Below, piece after piece: positions 27,004-33,922 of a DNA stretch of 33,922 nucleotides (position 1 is the first letter of the stretch; every line of letters starts with the position of its first letter). The notes under the pieces were generated by a model. It saw only the letters and a program-made list of their open reading frames with translations, ran no database searches and had not been told where the DNA came from. Origin of the DNA: Candidatus Melainabacteria bacterium (GTDB lineage Bacteria > Cyanobacteriota > Vampirovibrionia > LMEP-6097). A program made the position numbers and the translations under genes. The DNA is taken from assembly GCA_028817775.1 (NCBI GenBank), contig JAPPOW010000214.1, forward strand, positions 1 through 33,922, in the 5' to 3' direction.

Positions 27004-29172
27004 ATGGCTAAAGCACCATCAGCTTTACAAGATTATGCTGCAAAGATCCAGCAAATATTCCGCAGGCAGGAATTTAAATACTTTAGCTATGCGCTAGCAG
27101 CATTTATTATGCTTAGTGCTTCGGCACTTTACTATCTTGAGACTAGTGACTATTTTAAGTACCCGCAGCTGAGTGAGGATAGATACCAACAAGTCGAACA
27201 AGAGCTTGATCGTTTGATCCAAAAATCAAGAACTGAACCACGAGAAGCTATTCGTTCACTTGAAACTTTTGTTTCTTTACCAAAGAAACTAGCTAATCGT
27301 AGAGCCTTTGTTCTAGCGAGACTTTATCAAGACATTAATGAACCAGCGCTTGCTATGCTTCATGCTTATGAATTGGATCGTGATTATTTGACCAAGTATA
27401 GCTTGGGCTTGCGTACTAGGATTGCAGAAAAAATTGGACTTGAAGGAATCGTAGTCAAGGACTTGGATTACTTATCTAAGAAATTTCCCAAGGAAGCAAG
27501 GTTTCTTTACCGGTTGGCAAAATCTTACTCAAGACAAAGTAGATTGCTAGAAGCGCGCAAAGCATTTAACCAAGTGCAAGAATTATTTCCGAATACTGAG
27601 TTTTCACTTGGTGCTGATTACTATCTAGCCAATATGACTAAAGATAGATCTGAGAAATTTACTCGTCTCAAAAATTATCTACGCAAAAGTCCGGAAGGAA
27701 GTCTTGCTTATTTAATTTCTGATCAGGTAGCAAGTTTAGAAGCAGAAGAGCGAGCAGAGTTTGATGACTTGAGCAACCAAGTTGCACTTAGTTATTACAA
27801 TCGTGAGGACTACGATAATGCAATTAAACATTTTAATACTGAATTGGATAGTCCTGATCTTTACTTAGATGCTTATGCTCGTACTCTAGCTAAACTTAAG
27901 CGCAAAGCTGAGGCTCGTCGCTTGATAGTTGATACTTTGCCGCAGATGAAAGAAAGTCACAAAGCCTCTCACCTAGTGGAATTGCTTTGCTCACTATCTC
28001 CTAAATGGCAAGCAATTCAGAATCTGACAGTATTGAAGAATAAAGTACCGCTTATCAAGGACAAGATCTTGTGGGAGCTGGCACTTAGAACTAAGACCAA
28101 GGCAGATTACCAAGCAGTCTATACTCAGTTCCCCAATAGTTACTATGCAGCTGAATCTATGTCACGTGTGTTTTGGAAAGAATATAAACGCCAGAACTAT
28201 CACAAGGCAGTAGAAATTTTCCGTAAGCATTGGAAGAGCTATCCAAATACCAACTCGCATCCTTTTGTGGCATTTTGGGCAGCACGCGCCTATGAGAAAC
28301 TGAATCAAACAAAGGACGCCAAAGCAACTTTGGAAAATTTGGTGATTGAGCATCCACGTGATTACTATGGCTACCGAGCTGAGCAAATTTTGCGTGATGA
28401 TAAAGATTGGTACAAGATGCCAAGCCCCAACAAATTTGTTTCTCTTCCTGACTGGGATTGGCCTGAGGTCTACACAGATGAAGAGATTGCAAAACAATAT
28501 GGCAAAGATTTGTTGGAGTTAAGCAAAATCGGACAGTTTGAATTTTTGTTAGAGAATGAGAAACAAGAAGGTTGGGATTACGACAAGAATTTGAAGATGT
28601 GGCTTTATGCTATGGCAGGTGATTACCTCAAAGCAATTAGCACCGCTTATTTCTCGATGCCAAAAAATTCAGCAGTTGACTATCACGAGATCAAATTTCA
28701 ATATGCGTTCCCGATGCCTTACGCTGGACTTGTTGCTGATGAAGTAAGTAAGAACCTTAAGGTTGATCCATTGCTTGCCCATTCATTAATCAAACAAGAA
28801 TCTCGTTACCAAAAAGACATAGTAAGTAAAGTTGGTGCTATCGGCTTGATGCAATTGATGCCATACACGGCACGCTCCCTAGCTCGTGGGCTTGAAATGA
28901 GACCACCGACTTCCAAGGATTTGATGCAGCCGGAGATTAATATAAAACTCGGTGTCAATTATATGGAAGATGTCTTTCAGACTTTTGATAATAATATGAT
29001 CCATGCAATTGCTTCTTATAATGCTGGTCCAGTGGCTATTAAAAACTGGCGTAAACGTTTTGGAAATCTAGACCCAGATGAGTTTATTGAGAATATTCCA
29101 TATGATGAGACCAAAACTTATGTTAAACATGTTCTAAATAACTTTTGGATTTATAAACAGTTATACAGCTAA
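27004..29172 (+). CDS. slt: Membrane-anchored TPR-containing Slt-family lytic transglycosylase (probable start 27004)
   Basis: IKQESRY, GAIGLMQLMP, ASYNAGP and IPYDETKTYV motifs. N-terminal TM segment and TPR-like helices. Confidence 0.92.
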   Translation: MAKAPSALQDYAAKIQQIFRRQEFKYFSYALAAFIMLSASALYYLETSDYFKYPQLSEDRYQQVEQELDRLIQKSRTEPREAIRSLETFVSLPKKLANRRAFVLARLYQDINEPALAMLHAYELDRDYLTKYSLGLRTRIAEKIGLEGIVVKDLDYLSKKFPKEARFLYRLAKSYSRQSRLLEARKAFNQVQELFPNTEFSLGADYYLANMTKDRSEKFTRLKNYLRKSPEGSLAYLISDQVASLEAEERAEFDDLSNQVALSYYNREDYDNAIKHFNTELDSPDLYLDAYARTLAKLKRKAEARRLIVDTLPQMKESHKASHLVELLCSLSPKWQAIQNLTVLKNKVPLIKDKILWELALRTKTKADYQAVYTQFPNSYYAAESMSRVFWKEYKRQNYHKAVEIFRKHWKSYPNTNSHPFVAFWAARAYEKLNQTKDAKATLENLVIEHPRDYYGYRAEQILRDDKDWYKMPSPNKFVSLPDWDWPEVYTDEEIAKQYGKDLLELSKIGQFEFLLENEKQEGWDYDKNLKMWLYAMAGDYLKAISTAYFSMPKNSAVDYHEIKFQYAFPMPYAGLVADEVSKNLKVDPLLAHSLIKQESRYQKDIVSKVGAIGLMQLMPYTARSLARGLEMRPPTSKDLMQPEINIKLGVNYMEDVFQTFDNNMIHAIASYNAGPVAIKNWRKRFGNLDPDEFIENIPYDETKTYVKHVLNNFWIYKQLYS

Positions 29173-29174
29173 TA

Positions 29175-29256
29175 CGCTCTAACGCTCTAGGGCTGTAGCG
29201 CTGTAACGGCTTTGCCGAGAACCGCTAGAGCGCTACAGCATTACAGCGTTACAGCG
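29175..29256. repeat. Inverted array of 8-bp short tandem repeats
   Basis: cgctctaa cgctctag ggctgtag cgctgtaa, then ctagagcg ctacagca ttacagcg ttacagcg in the opposite orientation. Confidence 0.85.
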
Positions 29257-29286
29257 AAAACTGGGCATAAAGTTAATGTACTCTAG

Positions 29287-29940
29287 ATGGACTCCTTAAC
29301 TAATCTACTTCCAGATCTTGAGCCAAGCTTGCAAATTGTAGGCTTGCTTTTTTTACTTAGTTTTTTGCCAGTGATGGTTGTGACAATGACGCCATTTTTG
29401 CGTATTGTCTTAGTACTATCTTTATTGCGTCAAGCACTAGGTACTCAAAACGCACCACCAACTATGGTACTTGTTGGTTTGAGTTTGATTTTGACCGGCT
29501 ATATATTAGGTCCAGAGATTTCACAAATCAATCAGCGTGCTTTGATTCCGCTTGCTAATAATCAGATTCAACTGACCACTGCACTGGATAGAACTTATGA
29601 TGAATTATCAGGTCATATGCTGCGCAATGTAGATGTTAAAGATCTTAAGTTCTTCTATAAACTGAGTAGAGAACCCTTTCCGACCAAGGTTGAGGATGTA
29701 GCAGCAAGAGAGCTGGGTACTGCTTACCTATTAGGAGAATTGCGAAGGGCGTTTCAGATAGGTTTCTTGGTCTTCATACCATTTTTGGTGATCGATTTGA
29801 TTGTCGCCAATATTCTACTTGCACTGGGGATGATTATGCTATCCCCGACTATTGTTTCGTTGCCGTTTAAGATTATGATCTTTGTTGCCATTGATGGTTG
29901 GGATCTAATTGTCAAAGGACTTGCTCAAAGTTTCAATTAA
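29287..29940 (+). CDS. fliP: T3SS/flagellar export gate protein FliP/SctR
   Basis: LLRQALGTQNAPP, ELRRAFQIGF...PFLVIDL and LPFK...DGW motifs. No N-terminal signal peptide. Confidence 0.92.
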   Translation: MDSLTNLLPDLEPSLQIVGLLFLLSFLPVMVVTMTPFLRIVLVLSLLRQALGTQNAPPTMVLVGLSLILTGYILGPEISQINQRALIPLANNQIQLTTALDRTYDELSGHMLRNVDVKDLKFFYKLSREPFPTKVEDVAARELGTAYLLGELRRAFQIGFLVFIPFLVIDLIVANILLALGMIMLSPTIVSLPFKIMIFVAIDGWDLIVKGLAQSFN

Positions 29941-29950
29941 GATTTAAGTA

Positions 29951-30742
29951 ATGGACTGGATGCCACAAGCAATTAGGGAGGGAATATTCACGATATTGTT
30001 CATATCGGGTCCTCTAGTCGTGCTTGCTGCAGGACTAGGTTTGACTATTGGTGTGATTCAAGCTGCAACCCAGGTCCAAGAGCAAACTCTAGGTTCTGCT
30101 GTCAAGATTATTGGTTTATTTCTTGCATTAATAATTTTTGGTTTCTATATGTTTCAGTATATGAGTAATTATGATTCTCAAACCCTGGAGCGAGCATTTA
30201 AGTTGGTGCCGACTCTTGGTACCAAAGCGATGCCTCGGCGTAACTTCCTGGATGTACCCAATGGTGAAGTTGAAGAGCCGATTCATACAGCTGAGTTGAA
30301 TGAAGCTGAGCCACATGAAAGCCATGGTGGTCATCACAAAGCTGGTGCACTTGATGAACCAGATCATGTCACTAAAAATGAGAACTTGAAACCAGTTGCA
30401 ATTAAACCGCCGCAGTCAGCTCTTAGACCTAATAAAGATATTGAAGCAATCAAGAAACAAGACTTGACTATCAAGCATGCTGATCATCATCATAGCCAGC
30501 CAAAAGTGCAGAAGCCTAGAGCTGAATCAATTCGACCAGCGGCTAAGCCAAAGACTAATACCCAGCAACCGTCATTGCGAGCGCAGCAAAGCAATCCAGT
30601 TACAAGCAGTCCAAAACCATCAACTGGATTGCCACGTCGCGTTGCTCCTCGCAATGACGAGGGTCCAAAGAAACCACCAAAACGTTTACGCCGTTCTAGT
30701 GTCAGCGATAGGCTCAATAAACTCAAGGGGCTAGGACGCTAA
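29951..30742 (+). CDS. fliQ: Export gate protein FliQ/SctS with long disordered C-terminal extension
   Basis: IQAATQVQEQTL motif in the first ~90 aa, then ~175 aa rich in H/P/K/E/R. Confidence 0.85.
   Translation: MDWMPQAIREGIFTILFISGPLVVLAAGLGLTIGVIQAATQVQEQTLGSAVKIIGLFLALIIFGFYMFQYMSNYDSQTLERAFKLVPTLGTKAMPRRNFLDVPNGEVEEPIHTAELNEAEPHESHGGHHKAGALDEPDHVTKNENLKPVAIKPPQSALRPNKDIEAIKKQDLTIKHADHHHSQPKVQKPRAESIRPAAKPKTNTQQPSLRAQQSNPVTSSPKPSTGLPRRVAPRNDEGPKKPPKRLRRSSVSDRLNKLKGLGR
30570..30659. repeat. Family B REP/RPE-like doublet inside the fliQ reading frame
   Basis: cgtcattgcgag...ctcgcaatgacg is 90 bp with no stop in the fliQ frame. Confidence 0.88.
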
Positions 30743-31515
30743 TGGATTTATTCACTGATCTATTTCGCCAAAATTTGTTTGCCCAGATTGGTACTACTGT
30801 AGTGGCTTTGGGTTTTGTCTTGGTACGAGTACTAGCATTTATGCACTTTGCACCAATTTTCTCTCACAAGAGTGTGCCCTCGCATGTGCGTATTGGTTTT
30901 GCAATCTTCTTGACTAGTATGCTTGCTCCCAAAGCATTTGAGGCAGCGATTCCTGATGATGGTTTTTCTATCCTCTATGTCTTGTTTGCAAATTTTGCAC
31001 TTGGTTTCATTATTGGTTTCACCACTAATATTTTATTTACTACTGTCGTTGCTGGTGGTGAGATGATGGACGCAGCAATGGGTTTCTCCTCAGGGCAAAT
31101 GTTTGATCCAAGTCTTGGCGGGCAGACTACAATACTGGGTAGGTTTATGGGGATCTTGACCATTGTGGTTTTCTTCCAGATTGGTGGTCCTGAAGCATTG
31201 ATTCAGGGACTCTATAATAGCTTTGATACTTTCACTTTGTTTGATCCTAATATGACGATCAATGTTGCCAAGATTATTCATTTGGTTGGTGACATTATTA
31301 GAATGGGTTTTGTTCTTGTAAGTCCGGTGGTCTTGACAATCTTAGTTAATGATCTGGTCTTGGGCCTATTGTCGCGCGCTTCTCCACAGATCAATGCTTT
31401 CCAGATTTCATTCACGATTAAACCAATGGTAGGGGTTCTCATTTTGTTGATGATTTTGCCTTTATTCTTTACTGCTGTAGCCAACTTTTTGTCTTCTGGT
31501 TCAAGGCTTTACTAG
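30742..31515 (+). CDS. fliR: Export gate protein FliR/SctT
   Basis: RVLAFMHFAPIF, GGEMMDAAMGFS...FDP and LGLLSRASPQINAF...FTIK motifs. Coupled to the fliQ stop (TAATG). Confidence 0.92.
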   Translation: MDLFTDLFRQNLFAQIGTTVVALGFVLVRVLAFMHFAPIFSHKSVPSHVRIGFAIFLTSMLAPKAFEAAIPDDGFSILYVLFANFALGFIIGFTTNILFTTVVAGGEMMDAAMGFSSGQMFDPSLGGQTTILGRFMGILTIVVFFQIGGPEALIQGLYNSFDTFTLFDPNMTINVAKIIHLVGDIIRMGFVLVSPVVLTILVNDLVLGLLSRASPQINAFQISFTIKPMVGVLILLMILPLFFTAVANFLSSGSRLY

Positions 31516-31545
31516 TTCTTAACCTAAAAACAATAAACTTAATAC

Positions 31546-32445
31546 ATGCAAAGGAAGGGACTCCTATTTTTAATTTCTGTATTATTACTGAGCTTTTTAA
31601 GTTTTACTAAGGCTCAGGCGCAGTATATTACACAGAACAATCAAATGGCCATCTTATTAGTAGGTTTGACTGCTGATGAGCTAGCCAATCACGAACTTAA
31701 ATTGCTCAAGGGCAAGAAGATTATTGAAGTACCTTATACACTTAATTGGCGCAACACCCTCCAGAACACTCAAGCTGACGAAGTATTGCTTCGTCAGAAC
31801 TCTGGCTTCGTTGGACTTTATACACCAGGTGGTAGCTTAGTTAGACCAGTAGATATTGAGGCTGGCAATCCTTATTCTGAGCAGAATCCAGCTCCACCTG
31901 AAACTGTTCAAGCTCCACATCAAGCAGAATTTTCACAGATAGGTTATTCTACTGGTGGTCGTATCGATCCTTACCAACCACAAGCTTATGCTTATGAACC
32001 AAAGGACAACTCTAAACTAGCTGCAGGCTATGGTTATAATCCTCAAGTTGAACAACCAAAAGTTTTTAAGAAAAGCTCATGGGTTGATCTATTAAATTTT
32101 GTACCAATTGACGCTGTCACTCCTCTCAACTATCCAGGTACCTTTGATCAAACAGGTATCGGTACAGCTTATACACTTGGCGCCCTCCCCCACATTGGAG
32201 GTGCAGTAGCACAGTGGCGTAGAGCTAAATCAGAGAAGGAGAACTTTGATTACTATCAACAACAACAGCCACCTACCCACTCGGCTTTGCCACCAACTTA
32301 CCATCCTTATAACTCGACTGACCCGTCAAACCCAGTCAGTAACGATCCCAATTTAATTCGTTATCAAGAAATGCCACAAGCCTTTGTGCGTGAGTATCCT
32401 GCTTTCGGTACTACTAGTCCTGGTGGTTACTACAATAACCCTTAG
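31546..32445 (+). CDS. Secreted hypothetical protein, Pro/Tyr/Gln-rich
   Basis: Sec signal (...TKAQA|Q) and low-complexity P/Y/Q segments. Confidence 0.75.
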   Translation: MQRKGLLFLISVLLLSFLSFTKAQAQYITQNNQMAILLVGLTADELANHELKLLKGKKIIEVPYTLNWRNTLQNTQADEVLLRQNSGFVGLYTPGGSLVRPVDIEAGNPYSEQNPAPPETVQAPHQAEFSQIGYSTGGRIDPYQPQAYAYEPKDNSKLAAGYGYNPQVEQPKVFKKSSWVDLLNFVPIDAVTPLNYPGTFDQTGIGTAYTLGALPHIGGAVAQWRRAKSEKENFDYYQQQQPPTHSALPPTYHPYNSTDPSNPVSNDPNLIRYQEMPQAFVREYPAFGTTSPGGYYNNP

Positions 32446-32576
32446 AACCTGTCTTGAAAATCCAATAACTGCGTTTGCGAGGTCTCATTTATGCGTAATA
32501 AACTTCGGGTAAACTCAGAAAATCAACGATTTTCTTCGCTCGCAAGCCTTGTTCTTGAACTTTCAAGACAGGTTCT
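32444..32576. mobile_element. MITE-like element related to family C (16-bp perfect terminal IR)
   Basis: agaacctgtcttgaaa/tttcaagacaggttct. Internal tccaataactgcgtt, aacttcggg and tcgcaagccttgttcttgaa blocks are shared with the 4176 and/or 4891 copies. Confidence 0.72.
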
Positions 32577-33010
32577 TAATCTAAACCTCTAATAAATAAT
32601 GAATCAATATCATGTGCTCTGCCAATAGCTTTATCTACTAACGCTGCTGCAAAGCGGTAAATTGGAGATTCAGGCCTGCTTGTTACAAGGTGTATTGGTC
32701 TAGCAGCTTTAAGAGGTCTGAGCAAGACTTTGGCTTTGCGCAGGTGACCATCTTTGGCTACTATTTCAGAGTTTACGGTGTATCTTGCACCAGCAAGTTC
32801 TAGTTCTGTTGTTGAAGTGGCTGATCTTTTTAGTCCATGTTCTAGAGGGTCTATGCTTATCTCTGGTATATGGAAATCACATTCAGCAGGCAGTTTGCCT
32901 TCGATACTAAGTGCAAATTGATCCATCGCTACAAGCAGCTCAGTTTTCTCTGGGCATGAACTTGAATGAGCCTCTGTAGTTGAGATTGGACTTGTAGCTA
33001 GTAGAGTCAT
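32576..33010 (-). CDS. Hypothetical protein with Ser/Thr-rich N-terminus
   Basis: 144-aa ORF coupled to rnhA by a 4-bp overlap. Confidence 0.65.
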   Translation of the reverse strand: MTLLATSPISTTEAHSSSCPEKTELLVAMDQFALSIEGKLPAECDFHIPEISIDPLEHGLKRSATSTTELELAGARYTVNSEIVAKDGHLRKAKVLLRPLKAARPIHLVTSRPESPIYRFAAALVDKAIGRAHDIDSLFIRGLD

Positions 33011-33396
33011 AGTGCAAGATTAGCTAATTGATCAGCACGCTGGTTAAACTCCCTGCGTACATGAGTGAAGCTAATTTTATCAAATTCTTTGATTAATTCC
33101 TGCACCTTGAGAAAAATAACTTTAATATCTGGGTTCTTAACCCGATACTCACCATTGAGTTGTTTAACCATCAGCTCACTGTCAGCTTTGACTAGCACTT
33201 CTTGGTAACCTAATTCTTGAGCTTTGCGCAGCCCTTCAAGTAAGGCTGTGTATTCAGCAATATTGTTAGTAGCCTGTCCAATACTTTCTGAGATCCAGGC
33301 TACTTCTTTCTCATCAACAACTAGAGACGCGCCGATAGAAGCTGGTCCTGGATTGCCTTTAGAAGCACCATCTGTAAAAATTATTACCGAGCTCAT
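33007..33396 (-). CDS. rnhA: Ribonuclease HI (RNase HI-like family)
   Basis: FTDGASKGNPGP, TNNIAEY, DSELMVKQ and HVRREFNQRADQLAN motifs. Confidence 0.93.
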   Translation of the reverse strand: MSSVIIFTDGASKGNPGPASIGASLVVDEKEVAWISESIGQATNNIAEYTALLEGLRKAQELGYQEVLVKADSELMVKQLNGEYRVKNPDIKVIFLKVQELIKEFDKISFTHVRREFNQRADQLANLAL

Positions 33397-33922
33397 ACGC
33401 CAGCTTTAGCCAAATCCAAATCAGCCAATGAATCAAGTACTAAATCAAACAAAGTTTCGATATCAGCGATATTTTCTTCTGGTCTGGTGACACCAGAGAG
33501 AACCAAAATAGTTTTAGCATCTGCTTCTTTAGCAATTGCTAAATCATGTGGTGAATCAGTAACCATCAAGGTCTTACCTGGCTCTACCCCAAGTTTAGAG
33601 CAAAGCTCTTGGTAACCAGCAGCAGTCTTGATTTCACCACCCTTATTTGCTTTGATCAAATCTTTGATACCAAATTTCTCAAGACAAGTAGCAGAATTAG
33701 CTTCACTGTCTGAAGTGTAGACAGCAAGCTTTATTCCAGAAGCAGCGAGCTCTTTGATCTTCTCAATTACACCAGGAAAACTTTCAGCCAGTTCCGCGAT
33801 ACTCAAATCTTGGTTTGTTTGTTCGATCGCTCTATCGATAGTCTCAAATGCTGCCGCCCATTTGTAATTGGGTTCAGTTTCATTAATCGTAATAAACAAA
33901 GCAGTCGCTAATGCTAAGCGTA
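33393..33922 (-). CDS. HAD family hydrolase (5' truncated by the window edge)
   Basis: FPGV, LAVYTSD, K...Y and MVTDSPHD (motif IV-like). The frame stays open to the window end. Confidence 0.8.
   Translation of the reverse strand, partial: RLALATALFITINETEPNYKWAAAFETIDRAIEQTNQDLSIAELAESFPGVIEKIKELAASGIKLAVYTSDSEANSATCLEKFGIKDLIKANKGGEIKTAAGYQELCSKLGVEPGKTLMVTDSPHDLAIAKEADAKTILVLSGVTRPEENIADIETLFDLVLDSLADLDLAKAGV

Noticed and set aside
460-33409. Many short overlapping or antisense ORFs in the ORF track (e.g. 5510..5977, 3253..3669, 28157..28497)
   Set aside because: They lie within well-supported genes in other frames and have no independent motifs or expression signals.

Overview
Bacterial chromosomal window of moderate-to-low GC, from a diderm that carries flagellar or T3SS genes. 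A non-photosynthetic cyanobacterial relative (Melainabacteria/Vampirovibrionia) is a tentative guess, not established here. Housekeeping genes (pepP, cystathionine gamma-synthase/lyase, FMN-binding glutamate synthase-like protein, lptC/lptA-like, panC-alr-uppS, tatD, TIGR01777 epimerase, birA, acyl-CoA dehydrogenase, rlmN, slt, rnhA, HAD hydrolase, tRNA-Pro) alternate with many orphan ORFs. The most notable points: (1) a stand-alone slt-fliP-fliQ-fliR export gate with several injectisome (SctR/SctS)-like features and a FliQ carrying a ~175-aa disordered tail, plus scattered orphan proteins with effector-like N-termini; (2) two families of REP/RPE-like palindromes, three copies of which are read in frame inside genes; (3) several MITE-like inverted repeats; (4) a TIR-like protein next to tRNA-Pro, which is preceded by a degenerate anticodon-less copy of itself; (5) a secreted Cys/Asp/Pro tandem-repeat protein behind a near-consensus sigma28 promoter; (6) frequent leaderless-type promoters. 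All family assignments come from motif recognition by eye. No database search was run.
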